The notes beneath the pieces are model-generated. The model had not been told where the DNA came from and did not search any database. It was given only the letters and a program-made list of their open reading frames with translations. A stretch of 64,000 nucleotides of DNA from assembly GCA_963724765.1 (NCBI GenBank), contig CAVRVY010000002.1, positions 480,001 to 544,000 of the forward strand, written 5' to 3'. Made by a program: the position numbers and the translations under genes. This DNA is from an uncultured delta proteobacterium. Its GTDB lineage: Bacteria > Desulfobacterota > Binatia > Binatales > Binataceae. Below, piece after piece: positions 1 to 10,370 of the stretch (its first letter is position 1; each line of letters opens with the position of its first letter).

Positions 1-706
1 TCAAAACCACCTGCTTCAGGTGCTCGCTAATCTCACCATGGATCCGCCGACGGGCGAGGAGCACGATGCGGTGCGAGACGAGAAGGCTCGGCTGCTGAAG
101 GCGGTTCGTCCGGCCGCGCCCGAGCACGTCGTACGCGGTCAATACCGCGGCTATCTCACAGTGCCGGGCGTTAATCCCGCCTCCACCGTCGAGACCTTCG
201 TCGCGGTCAAGCTGTATATCGATACCTGGCGATGGGCCGGCGTGCCAATCTACATTCGTGCCGGCAAGGAACTGCCAGTCACCGCAACTGAGGCGGTGGT
301 CGAGTTCCGGCGGCCGCCGCGCGAGACGTTTGGGGAAATCGTACCGTCGCTTTCCAGCCGCGTACGGATGCGGATAAGCCCGGACATAAACATCGGCATG
401 GGTTTGCGGGTGAAGGCGCCGGGCGAGAGCATGGTGGGTAACGACGTCGAGCTTATCCTCACCAGGCAAGCCGCCGTGGACATGCCGCCGTATCAACGCT
501 TGTTGGGCGACGCGATGCACGGCATCGGTGAACTCTTTGCGCGCGAGGACTTCGTTGAGGCCGAATGGCGCGTGGTCGACCCGTTCCTGGGCAACGTGAC
601 GCCGCTGTATCCCTACGAGCCGGGCAGTTGGGGCCCAGAAGAGGCCGCACAGCTAATCGGCTCCGACGGGCCATGGCTCAATCCAAAACCTGCCGAAGCA
701 AAGTGA
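1..706 (+). CDS. zwf: Glucose-6-phosphate 1-dehydrogenase, C-terminal part (gene begins before window)
   Basis: VRGQY, VETFVA, WRWAGVPIYIRAGK, PYQRLLGDAM and YEPGSWGP motifs of the G6PD C-domain. Confidence 0.92.
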   Translation, partial: QNHLLQVLANLTMDPPTGEEHDAVRDEKARLLKAVRPAAPEHVVRGQYRGYLTVPGVNPASTVETFVAVKLYIDTWRWAGVPIYIRAGKELPVTATEAVVEFRRPPRETFGEIVPSLSSRVRMRISPDINIGMGLRVKAPGESMVGNDVELILTRQAAVDMPPYQRLLGDAMHGIGELFAREDFVEAEWRVVDPFLGNVTPLYPYEPGSWGPEEAAQLIGSDGPWLNPKPAEAK

Positions 707-717
707 TGAAGCCTGGC

Positions 718-737
718 CAAGAGATTGCAAGAGATTG
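718..737 (+). repeat. Perfect 10-bp tandem duplication CAAGAGATTG x2
   Basis: Read directly; removing one copy puts ATG 706 in frame with the downstream ORF. Confidence 0.9.
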
Positions 738-2455
738 AAAGACAGCGGAAGGAGCCTCTGGAGGCTGGACTCACCCACGCGGATGACCGTGTTCGCCTGA
801 GTGAGTGGCTCCCGCCGCAATGGGGTGAGATGCCACGCATCCGCTTTTGGAAGCGGTGGTACAATGTGCTTTGGATCATCCCCCTGGGGATCGCCGGTTT
901 GGTTATCGGCGTCGCGCTCGCACAAGATCTGCGCCAAAACAATCTGGCCGTACAGCAATTCATCGCGCGCTATCCAGGCATCAGCGCCGCGCCCAGGTAC
1001 TACAACGGCTTTCCGGTGTGGTTGCGATGGCAGCATTTTTTCAACCTCTTTCTGATGTTTCTCATCATCCGGGCAGGCATCCAGATCCTCGCCGACCATC
1101 CCCGCCTATACTGGAATCGAGACTGCACGCCGGGCACCGAATGGTTCCGTTTTCAGCACGAAGTTCCCAAAGATCGGATCTGGACCTCCAAGGACGACTC
1201 GATAGCCCTGCCGGGATGGTTCGGCATTCCGGGCATCCGCCATTCCATCGGACTCGCCCGCTGGTGGCACTTTTCCTGCGACCTGTTATGGGTGCTTAAT
1301 GGCGCGGTCTTCTATGTGCTGCTGTTCACGACTTATCAGTGGCAGCGTATCGTGCCGCAGACATGGACGGTCTTTCCCAACGCGCTCTCGACCGCGATTC
1401 AATACGCTTCGCTGAACTTTCCCGCGGACCAAGGCTGGATTCGCTACAACGGCGCACAGCTACTGTCTTACTTCATCACCGTGTTCATCGCCGCCCCGTT
1501 GGCGATCGTCACCGGCCTGATGATGGCGCCGGCGGTCGCCAATCGGCTCGGCTGGTTTGGCCGGATTTTCCACCGGCAGGTCGCGCGCTCGATCCATTTT
1601 CTGGTGCTGTGCTGGTTCGTGTTCTTCATCTTCATCCACGTGTCGATGATCTTCGTGACCGGTCTGCGTCAGAATCTGAATCACATGTTCGCCGGTGTGA
1701 ACGGCAATCGTCCGGAAGGGTTCATTATTTTCTGCCTCGCGATGCTGGTGGTGATGGTGGTGTGGTTTGTGGCTTCGCCCTTGACGCTCAGGCATACCCG
1801 CCTGATCCAGAAAACCGGCGAGTTCATGGTCGGCTGGCTCAAGGGAATCGCCGAATGGTGGGATCCGAACAATCAATATACCGGGAAGGACATATCGCCT
1901 CGCTTCTGGCCCAACGGCACCATGCTGAATTCTGAGGAGTTCAACGCACTGGTCAGGAATGGGTTTGCCAATTACAGCTTGCGGATCGATGGGCTGGTCG
2001 AGAATCCGCAGGTGTTCTCCTTCGCGGAGCTCAAAGCGATGCCCAAGCAGGAACAAATCACCGAACACTTTTGCATCCAGGGCTGGTCAGGGGTCGCGAA
2101 ATGGGGCGGGATTCCCATGCGCCATATCCTCGAAATCGTGAAGCCCATGCCCGACGCCCGCTACGCCGTCTTCTATTCATTCTCCGAAGGTCGCGCCGGC
2201 GGCCGCTATTATGACGCGCACAAGATCGAGAACATGCGGCACCACCTGACGATCCTGGCTTACGAGATGAACGGAGCCCCGGTCAGCGTGCTCCACGGAG
2301 CGCCGCTGCGGCTGCGCTGTGAGAACGAGCTGGGTTTCAAGATGGTCAAGTGGATCGAAGCCATCGAATTCGTAAACGACTTCGCCCACCTCGGTGCCGG
2401 CCAGGGTGGCTACAGCGAGGACCACGAATTCTATGGTTACCGGATGCCCATCTGA
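725..2455 (+). CDS. Cytochrome b-like membrane domain fused to a sulfite oxidase/MsrP-family molybdopterin domain
   Basis: TM helices with His (WQHFFN, RWWHF, RSIHF, FIHV); Moco Cys in HFCIQGWS; HGAPLRLR..GFKMVKWI. Confidence 0.85.
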   Translation: MQEIERQRKEPLEAGLTHADDRVRLSEWLPPQWGEMPRIRFWKRWYNVLWIIPLGIAGLVIGVALAQDLRQNNLAVQQFIARYPGISAAPRYYNGFPVWLRWQHFFNLFLMFLIIRAGIQILADHPRLYWNRDCTPGTEWFRFQHEVPKDRIWTSKDDSIALPGWFGIPGIRHSIGLARWWHFSCDLLWVLNGAVFYVLLFTTYQWQRIVPQTWTVFPNALSTAIQYASLNFPADQGWIRYNGAQLLSYFITVFIAAPLAIVTGLMMAPAVANRLGWFGRIFHRQVARSIHFLVLCWFVFFIFIHVSMIFVTGLRQNLNHMFAGVNGNRPEGFIIFCLAMLVVMVVWFVASPLTLRHTRLIQKTGEFMVGWLKGIAEWWDPNNQYTGKDISPRFWPNGTMLNSEEFNALVRNGFANYSLRIDGLVENPQVFSFAELKAMPKQEQITEHFCIQGWSGVAKWGGIPMRHILEIVKPMPDARYAVFYSFSEGRAGGRYYDAHKIENMRHHLTILAYEMNGAPVSVLHGAPLRLRCENELGFKMVKWIEAIEFVNDFAHLGAGQGGYSEDHEFYGYRMPI

Positions 2456-2745
2456 CGCTGATTTCCCAGGGCGGGGAGATAAACGAGATAAAGAAGTTGG
2501 GGCCTGGTTCCCTCACGCAATCTTAGTCGCTGGACTGGCCATTGCGCTCTACCTCGAGCGTCGTCCTCGCGAGGACCAGGCGCGCGGCGCTTCGTGCGCG
2601 AGACCAGCTACCGCGATATAGAACGGCCGCTCTCGGCGCCACTCCAAACACCGTGAAGCGAAGCCCGGGCTGGAACGGTGCGTGTTCATTCCGCCTGGTC
2701 CTGGTGCGAGCTTGAGTCGCGATCCAAACATGGAGATTCCGGTCG

Positions 2746-3042
2746 TTAACCGCTGGTTTCGGGAACGATGTCGACGAGTTCATCGAAGAAGTGTTCCGAC
2801 TCCGGCTTCGGTCCCGCTAAATCCAGACTCGGCATAGTTCGCTGCGCCATCTCCCATATTTCTTTGCTTGGCCAGCGTGTCATTCCAAAAAAATGTTGGG
2901 AATTTTCCGAGCTCCGCAGAAGAATACTTCCCATCGCACCTTCGCAGCTCGCCTGAATCTTCAGGGTACCTTCCTCCCACGTTCGAATGAATTCCGCTTC
3001 GTCTCCCTCTTTCACGGTCCAGCGATACATGACTCGGATCAT
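2746..3042 (-). CDS. ABM (antibiotic biosynthesis monooxygenase)-family small protein
   Basis: YRWTVKEGDEAEFIRTW pattern; GGAGG RBS before ATG 3042. Confidence 0.7.
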   Translation of the reverse strand: MIRVMYRWTVKEGDEAEFIRTWEEGTLKIQASCEGAMGSILLRSSENSQHFFGMTRWPSKEIWEMAQRTMPSLDLAGPKPESEHFFDELVDIVPETSG

Positions 3043-3486
3043 TAAGAGAACCTCCGCCGAGCGTATTCTACGAATCATCGCGTTTTCCTCGACTCCCTAA
3101 CAGTCTCCTCCCGGACAAAAGAGTTCCCGTTCGGCGCGCTTAGTTCTCTATGGAACCAACTCGCATCGCGGGCATTCTGGTACGGACATCGAGATAGAGC
3201 GAGGATTCGACAGATAGAACGCCGATCCATAGCTGTGAACTATCGGCGCAATAGAAACAAAGTATTGGCGGTAAGTGGAACGCGAGCATAACGATTAGAG
3301 GCAAGAGCTACGAGGCGGCTGATGCTGTGGCCGAGTCTACGCACGCGAACTCCTCTCAGTGCTTCGGGTTCGCGGCTTTCTTCTTTGCCGCCGATTTCGG
3401 TTTTCGCAATGTTACGTTTAGGCAAAAAAGCACCACTCCCCGCTGCCCAGCGCAAAGCGTCAAAAACGAGAGCCTGAGGGGCTTGT

Positions 3487-4713
3487 ATGAGACCACCTGA
3501 TTTCCGTTCCATCCGGAAAGAAATTCGCCACCCACTTCGCATTGCGCAGGTGGCTCCCCTTTATGAAAGCGTTCCCCCAAAACTCTACGGAGGGACTGAG
3601 CGCGTCGTCGCTTACCTGACCGAAGAGCTTGTACGCCGCGGTCACGAGGTGACGCTGTTCGCGTCAGGTGATTCCACGGCAAAGTCGAAGATCCAAGCGA
3701 CATATCCTGCCGCGCTCAGAACGGCCGGCCTCGCTCACATGGGATCGAGCCTGCAGTTGGCTGCACTCAGTGAGGTTTTCGATCGTTCCGATCGCTTCGA
3801 CATCATCCACTGTCACGTCGATTACTGGAGCTTTCCATTCGGACGGTTGATAGCAACTCCCACCGTCACCACGCTCCACGGGCGGTTAGATATCGAAGAG
3901 CTGTTCGGAGTATATCGTTACTATTCAGACGCTCCGGTTGTATCCATCAGCGACGCGCAACGCGCTCCCCTGCCGGAACTGAACTGGATCGACACCGTTT
4001 ATCATGGCCTGCCGAAGGAACAGTTGCGGTTTAATCCGGGACCCGGCAAGTACCTGGCGTTTCTGGGGCGGATCGCACCCGAAAAGCGGCCAGACCTTGC
4101 GATCGAGATAGCCCGCCGGGCCGGGGTTCCGCTTAAGATCGCTGCCAAGGTTGACGTTGTCGACCGGGACTATTTCGAGTCCCACATCCGTCCCCTCATT
4201 GATTCGCGCAACGTTGAATTCATCGGTGAGATAGGCGAACGTGAAAAAAGTGAATTCTTGGGCGATGCGCTGGCGCTCCTGTTTCCGATTGATTGGCCCG
4301 AGCCTTTCGGGCTCGTGATGAGCGAAGCGCTAGCGTGCGGCACCCCGGTGATCGCACGCCCGTGCGGCTCCGTCCCCGAGATCCTGGACCATGGTGAGAC
4401 CGGTTTTGTAGCATCTTCGTTGGACGACCTGGTCCACGCTGTACGCAAAGTTAGTGGTATCGCGCGGCGCAAATGCCGCGAAGTGTTCGAAGCGCGCTTC
4501 ACGGCTGACGCGATGGCGGCCAATTATGAGCGGATTTACTATCAGCTGATCAGCGCTGGCCGAGCACGGTCGTCACGAAATGGCGCGGGGCCGGCACGTA
4601 ACCTGATGGAGGCGGCGGGGGGCCATGAAGAGGATCTGTCCCAGGACAGGTTGCTCGTCGAGCCGGGGCTCGCGTCTCTGCCCCCGGATACTAAGCCTGG
4701 GTTTGGACTCTGA
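3487..4713 (+). CDS. Glycosyltransferase family 4
   Basis: VPPKLYGGTERV, FLGRIAPEK, WPEPFGLVMSEALACGTPV. Confidence 0.93.
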   Translation: MRPPDFRSIRKEIRHPLRIAQVAPLYESVPPKLYGGTERVVAYLTEELVRRGHEVTLFASGDSTAKSKIQATYPAALRTAGLAHMGSSLQLAALSEVFDRSDRFDIIHCHVDYWSFPFGRLIATPTVTTLHGRLDIEELFGVYRYYSDAPVVSISDAQRAPLPELNWIDTVYHGLPKEQLRFNPGPGKYLAFLGRIAPEKRPDLAIEIARRAGVPLKIAAKVDVVDRDYFESHIRPLIDSRNVEFIGEIGEREKSEFLGDALALLFPIDWPEPFGLVMSEALACGTPVIARPCGSVPEILDHGETGFVASSLDDLVHAVRKVSGIARRKCREVFEARFTADAMAANYERIYYQLISAGRARSSRNGAGPARNLMEAAGGHEEDLSQDRLLVEPGLASLPPDTKPGFGL

Positions 4714-4740
4714 CGTTCTGGCGCGCGCGAGGACCTGACA

Positions 4741-6270
4741 ATGGCAGAAGAAAAAGACCTGACGGGCCCTGACCTCAATCGAGGTATCTCTCTCACTGAG
4801 CTCACCGACGGCAGCATGCTGCAGGGTTACGCAAAAGAGGAGCCGATTCTCGTGGCTCGACGCGGCGACGACTACTTCGCTATAGGCGCAATCTGTACAC
4901 ACTATGGCGCTCCGCTGGTCACGGGCCTCATCGTCGACGACACCGTGCGTTGCCCATGGCACCACGCCTGTTTCAGTCTTCGCACGGGAGCGGCGGTGCG
5001 CTCGCCGGCGCTTGACCCGGTGACCTGCTGGAAGGTTGAGACGCGCGACGGCAAGCTCTTCGTGCGCGACAAGGCGCCCGAAAAGAAACCGCGGAGGGCC
5101 GGCTCTGCGAAAATGCCGGAGAAAGTTGTGGTCGTAGGCGGCGGCGCGGCAGGGAACGCCGCGGCCGAAATGTTACGGCGTGAAGGATATCGCGGCGACC
5201 TGACCCTGCTCAGCGCGGATGACAGCGTTCCTTACGATCGTCCAACTCTGTCGAAGGACTTTCTTAACGGAAGCGTGGGCGAGAAAATGATTCCGCTCCG
5301 CTCCAGGGATTTTTACAAACAGCACGAGATCGAACTGGTGTTGAAGACCCGGGTCGAGGCGATCGATCCGCGGAACAAATCTGTTCAACTCGCCGATGGC
5401 AAGCGGCGCAAGTTTGATGCGCTTCTCCTTGCGACCGGGGCCGAGCCAGTGAAGCTTAAGGTTCCCGGCGCGGACCTCGCGCAGGTTTGTTATCTGCGCT
5501 CGCGCAGTGATTGCCGGGCGATCCTGGCCAAGGCGAGTAAAGCTAAACGCGTCGTCCTCATAGGCGCGAGCTTCATCGCGATGGAGGTCGCGGCTTCTCT
5601 AATTCAGCGAAAGCTCGAGGTTCACGTCGTCGCGCCTGAAGAGTTTCCGATGGCAACGGTGCTAGGGCCGCAGGTAGGCGAATACCTGCGCCGCCTGCAC
5701 GAACGCAACGGCGTGGTGTTCCATCTCCAACAGGGCGTTGTCTCGATCGACGAACGCAAAGTAACGCTCAAGGATGGCCACACCGTTAACGCCGACCTGG
5801 TCGTGATCGGGATCGGCGTCAAACCGCTGATCGATCTTGCCGAACGCGCCGGAATCAGGACGGATCGTGGCGTGTCGGTGAACGAGCACCTCGAAACCAG
5901 CATCCCAGGCATCTTCGCCGCGGGTGACATCGCGCGCTGGCCGGATCCGCTGACCGGGGACAATATTCGCGTCGAGCACTGGGTGGTGGCAGAACGACAG
6001 GGACAGACCGCGGCGCGGAATATACTCGGCCGGGGCGAGCGCTTCGATGCCGTGCCATTCTTCTGGACTAGCCAGTTCGATTTTACCCTCAATTACATCG
6101 GTCACGCCGAAAAGTGGGATAAGCTCGATTTGGATGGCAGTATCGAAGATCACGACTGCAAGCTCTCATTTCAGCGAGCCGGAAAGACATTGGCCGTGGC
6201 CACCATTGGACGTGACCGCGAGAGCCTCGAGAACGAAGTTGCAATGGAGCGATCCGGCCGACGCGTCTAA
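4741..6270 (+). CDS. Rieske [2Fe-2S]-FAD/NAD(P)H oxidoreductase fusion (AIF-like)
   Basis: CTHYG..CPWHHA Rieske motif; GGGAAG, LLATGA, IFAAGD, VPFFW. Confidence 0.92.
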   Translation: MAEEKDLTGPDLNRGISLTELTDGSMLQGYAKEEPILVARRGDDYFAIGAICTHYGAPLVTGLIVDDTVRCPWHHACFSLRTGAAVRSPALDPVTCWKVETRDGKLFVRDKAPEKKPRRAGSAKMPEKVVVVGGGAAGNAAAEMLRREGYRGDLTLLSADDSVPYDRPTLSKDFLNGSVGEKMIPLRSRDFYKQHEIELVLKTRVEAIDPRNKSVQLADGKRRKFDALLLATGAEPVKLKVPGADLAQVCYLRSRSDCRAILAKASKAKRVVLIGASFIAMEVAASLIQRKLEVHVVAPEEFPMATVLGPQVGEYLRRLHERNGVVFHLQQGVVSIDERKVTLKDGHTVNADLVVIGIGVKPLIDLAERAGIRTDRGVSVNEHLETSIPGIFAAGDIARWPDPLTGDNIRVEHWVVAERQGQTAARNILGRGERFDAVPFFWTSQFDFTLNYIGHAEKWDKLDLDGSIEDHDCKLSFQRAGKTLAVATIGRDRESLENEVAMERSGRRV

Positions 6271-6389
6271 ACTGAGTTGCAACGGGACGCATGACCAGCG
6301 AGAAAGCATTGGACCCCAAGGGCAGAGTTAGCGCCGATCACGGGCCGAGCCGAGGACCCGGATCGCGCTAAAGAGCGCGGAATCAGACT

Positions 6390-8537
6390 ATGGCGGTAGA
6401 AATCAATATCGGGCCTCCACTCCTGACCATCAATCACGGCAGCACTTTCATGGTGAGCGATCTCAATGGCGAGATCGCCGCCGATAGCGAACAGGGGGTG
6501 TTTGCAAGAGACACGCGTTTTGTCAGCTACTATGCGATCTTCGTCAACGGAGTGACGTGGACGCGGCTCACTTCCAGCACGGTAACCTATTACGGCGCGC
6601 GAATATACCTGAAGAACAAGGCGTTCCATACCCTGGATGGCGACGTGCCGGTTGGCACTTTGGCGCTGGTGATCAGTCGCTCTGCTTCCGAAGGCATCCA
6701 CGAGGACTTCGACTTGAGCAATCACGGGCTCACGCCGGTCCGCGTGACCCTCGAAGTGGTCCTGCGGTCCGATTTTGCGGACCTGTTCGAAGTGAAGTCT
6801 CATCAGTTCATGCGTCGCGGACGAATCGAAACGGAGTGGGACGCGAAACGCCACGAGTTGCGAACCCGTTATACCCACCGCGATTTCAAGCGTACCTTCA
6901 TTTACCGGGCGAAGTCCGAGCCTCCGCCGGTTTATGCCAACGGGCGGCTTAATTTCGAGATCGATCTCCAGCCAGGCGCCTCATGGCATGCCTGCTCTGA
7001 GTATTGGCTGGCCGAGGATGCTCAAATGCATGCCCCCGCTCGCGGCTGTCTCCTCGGCTCGGATCAGACCAGGTTTGATTCTCTTCATCAGGAGTCAATA
7101 CGCCAGGCGACCACGCTGACCTCGGCCAATGAGGACATTTACCGGCTCTATCAGCAATCGGTCGACGATATGTGTGCGCTAAGGCTTCATGACCAGGATC
7201 TGGCGCACGATGTCTGGGTGCCCGCGGCCGGAGTGCCCTGGTTCGTGACCCTCTTCGGCCGCGACAGCCTTATTGCCAGCCTGCAAAACATGATGGTGGA
7301 CCCGGCCTTCGCCCGCGGCGCGCTCAAGAAGCTGGCGGAATTCCAAGCCACCGAAAGCGATGATTACCGCGACGCGGATCCGGGCAAGATCCTGCACGAG
7401 ATCCGTTTTGGCGAACTCGCCCACTTCCATCGCATCCCGCACACGCCGTACTACGGCACGGCCGACGCGACCCCGCTTTATCTGATAGCGCTGCACGAGG
7501 CCTGGAAATGGACTGGCGACGACGCGTTGATCCGCGAGTATCGCGACGTGGCGGTGCGCTGCCTGGAATGGATCGATCGCTATGGCGACCTCGATGGCGA
7601 CGGGTTCCAGGAATACCAGACCCGCTCCTCGCAGGGCTGTGAGAACCAGAGTTGGAAGGATTCGGGTAGCGCAATCGTATATCCCGACGGCTCTCAGGTG
7701 AAAGCACCCAAGGCGTTGTGCGAACTGCAGGGCTACGTGTTCGACGCCTGGATGCGGATGGCAGAGCTGTTCGACCAACTCGGCGAGGCTCCGCGGGTGA
7801 GTGAGCTGCGCCGCAAGGCCGCGGAGCTCCGCCGCAAATTCGAGGAGCAGTTCTGGTGCGAGGACATCGGTTTCTATGCCTTCACACTGGACCCCGACAA
7901 GCACCCGGTGCGCACCATCGCCTCCAATCCGGGACATTTGTTGTGGAGCGGGATAGCCTCTCCTGAGCACGCTGCCCGAGTCGTCAAGCGGCTGATGGAA
8001 CCCGATATGTGGAGCGGCTGGGGTATCCGCACCCTTTCCGTACACAATCCCGCTTACAACCCTTTTTCCTACCAGCGTGGTGCGGTCTGGCCTCACGACA
8101 ACGGCATCATCGCCCTTGGTTTCAAACGCTATGGATTTGCCGCCGAGGCCGCTCGTATCGCCCGCGACATCTCCGGGGCAGCGGGCTATTTCGTGAGCTA
8201 CCAGCTGCCCGAGCTCTACGCGGGAATTAAACGCGAGGCGGGCACCTTCCCAGTGCAATATCCCGGCGCGAACGTTCCGCAAGCATGGGCCGCAGGAAGC
8301 GTCTTTCACCTGCTGCGGGCGATTCTCGGGCTGCATGCGGACGCGCCCAACGGCCGCCTGTACGTCAATCCCACGTTGCCAACATGGCTCCCGGAACTGA
8401 CGCTGCGCGGACTGACGGTGGGCAAGGCCAAAGTTGATCTGCGATTTTCGCTAGAAGGTGAGACCACGAAGTGGGAAGCCACCGTTAAGCAAGGCTCGCT
8501 TCAGGTCCAGAAGAAGCCCTGGGGACCCTGGCCATAG
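6390..8537 (+). CDS. Amylo-alpha-1,6-glucosidase / glycogen debranching enzyme
   Basis: AAGVPWFVTLFGRDS, PGKILHE, YYGTADATPL, NQSWKDS, VWPHDN, PQAWAAG. Confidence 0.92.
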   Translation: MAVEINIGPPLLTINHGSTFMVSDLNGEIAADSEQGVFARDTRFVSYYAIFVNGVTWTRLTSSTVTYYGARIYLKNKAFHTLDGDVPVGTLALVISRSASEGIHEDFDLSNHGLTPVRVTLEVVLRSDFADLFEVKSHQFMRRGRIETEWDAKRHELRTRYTHRDFKRTFIYRAKSEPPPVYANGRLNFEIDLQPGASWHACSEYWLAEDAQMHAPARGCLLGSDQTRFDSLHQESIRQATTLTSANEDIYRLYQQSVDDMCALRLHDQDLAHDVWVPAAGVPWFVTLFGRDSLIASLQNMMVDPAFARGALKKLAEFQATESDDYRDADPGKILHEIRFGELAHFHRIPHTPYYGTADATPLYLIALHEAWKWTGDDALIREYRDVAVRCLEWIDRYGDLDGDGFQEYQTRSSQGCENQSWKDSGSAIVYPDGSQVKAPKALCELQGYVFDAWMRMAELFDQLGEAPRVSELRRKAAELRRKFEEQFWCEDIGFYAFTLDPDKHPVRTIASNPGHLLWSGIASPEHAARVVKRLMEPDMWSGWGIRTLSVHNPAYNPFSYQRGAVWPHDNGIIALGFKRYGFAAEAARIARDISGAAGYFVSYQLPELYAGIKREAGTFPVQYPGANVPQAWAAGSVFHLLRAILGLHADAPNGRLYVNPTLPTWLPELTLRGLTVGKAKVDLRFSLEGETTKWEATVKQGSLQVQKKPWGPWP

Positions 8538-8659
8538 ATGAGCGGCATGAAAGCGATCGCATTCACTCCAGGCGAGGCAGGGCCGGACGCCTGATCGACG
8601 TTACGGAGTGGCAGAAATCACTCGCGAACCAGAAGCTGAAGATAAAAAGAAAGACCGCC

Positions 8660-9025
8660 ATGGTGCATATCAAACGCGCTTACGACCCTGCTTCGCGTGG
8701 TGACGGCACACGTATCCTGGTCGACCGTTTGTGGCCGCGAGGCCTGAAGAAAGAAGAAGTGGACGTGGCCAAGTGGATGAAGGAGCTTGGGCCGAGCACA
8801 GAATTGCGCAAATCTTTCGGCCACGATCCGGCGCATTGGAAGGAGTTTCGCCGGCGCTACAAGGCCGAATTGAGAAGACCCCAGGCGCGCGAGATGCTGA
8901 AAGAGATCTCCAAGGCGGCTGTCCACGGCACCGTGACCCTCGTCTACAGCGCAAAGGACGAGGAACACAATCAGGCGGTCGTCATAAAAGAAGTTTTAGG
9001 AGCGCATCGAGACGCTTCGGCCTGA
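8660..9025 (+). CDS. DUF488/YeaO-family protein
   Basis: KRAYDP..DGTRILVDRLWPRG, PSTELRK, HNQAVV. Confidence 0.9.
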   Translation: MVHIKRAYDPASRGDGTRILVDRLWPRGLKKEEVDVAKWMKELGPSTELRKSFGHDPAHWKEFRRRYKAELRRPQAREMLKEISKAAVHGTVTLVYSAKDEEHNQAVVIKEVLGAHRDASA

Positions 9026-9124
9026 AAATCTCTTACAGTTTGAACCATCGATCGCGAAAGGCGCGTGCTGACCCAACGTACTCAGACGCGCAGCGCCTCG
9101 CGATGCCGGCCAATTAGTTGTCCG

Positions 9125-9739
9125 CTACTGCGGGGGCGGGAGACATGGCAGCTTGTGCACAGCGGAGTAACGATACACACGGCCGTTCCATTGGAAGCTC
9201 CCAAACTCCGGGCCAAACGCCATATTAAGCGCGTTAAGTTGATCCTGCTCCGTCGCCCCGCGCGCGTCGGCCGGTGCGTAGGCGACGTAGGTCACCGAAT
9301 CAGGCGTCAGTGCACGCTGCAGCGGCGGCTGAAAATCCATTTTGATGAAATTCCCCGCCTGTAGCCACCCGGCGGCATCCGCATGCCGGTTCGGCATCGG
9401 AACCCATTGCGGATCGACATCCGTGCCGCCGAGGCCTAGAGAGCGATAGCGGGTGGTGCCGGCTTTATCGGTGCGGAGCTCGACCAGCGAGGGAACATTA
9501 GAGCTAAACTCAGAGGCGAGATCATCACAGACCTCTGTTTCCCGCCGGGTCTGTTGATCTTCGCCGTTGAAAATGAGCGAAAGAAAACCACATCCCGAGG
9601 TCGTGAGCGCGAGGCCTCCGCACATAAGCGCGAGCTGCATCAATGCGGAACGGCGCGATATGCTGGCGACGCGAAGTCCGTGTAAAAATCGCACGCGCCG
9701 TGTCAGGCGCGGGCGTGGAACCTCAGTTTCTCCCCGCAT
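9125..9739 (-). CDS. Hypothetical exported/lipoprotein (start uncertain)
   Basis: 204-aa ORF with a hydrophobic segment ending TTSGC; no family recognised. Confidence 0.5.
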   Translation of the reverse strand: MRGETEVPRPRLTRRVRFLHGLRVASISRRSALMQLALMCGGLALTTSGCGFLSLIFNGEDQQTRRETEVCDDLASEFSSNVPSLVELRTDKAGTTRYRSLGLGGTDVDPQWVPMPNRHADAAGWLQAGNFIKMDFQPPLQRALTPDSVTYVAYAPADARGATEQDQLNALNMAFGPEFGSFQWNGRVYRYSAVHKLPCLPPPQ

Positions 9740-10370
9740 CGCGCGATCACTCTAGCTGGAATTTCCAACCCGGGCGAGGCACAGGCATCCTGACGAAATC
9801 TCCTCGGATCACCGGTTCGAGGCGGATCGCGCGATCGCCTTATATTTCCGTTTCCGCGAACGGGCGATGGACCAGGTGTTGCTCGCGGCTCGACTCGTTC
9901 AAGGCGCGCGCCGTCGCCGCCGAGTGAGCTCTGCTTGAACTCTTAGCGAACCGTCGGTCGCCTTCGAGCGTTCGAGATTAGAGCACGGTCGAGGCCCCAT
10001 TCGCGTGTACGTGCAACGGCCATCAAACAAGGGAACAGTTGGTTATCGGAAGAACAAGTAATGCTAGTTTTCGGGCCGAGCCGAACGCCTAATCTGTTAA
10101 GATGCGGGTGCGAAGCGCTCGCACCAGCACTCGGAATTTCTAGTTCAAGTGGTGTTGGAAGCTCATCCTGTTCGTGGTCCACGACTTGATGCTCCGCTAG
10201 CTCTCGCATCCGCAGGGCCGGTAAGAAAGATGTCAGCGAAGATTGCGATCAACGCCTTTGGCCGCCGCACAGGCGCACTCCTTTCGCGCTGCGCTATCTA
10301 TATCGCCGGACGGGCCCGGCGATGCCGCTTACAATTGAGTTTACCCGGGATCGCCCGACCATCTGAGACG

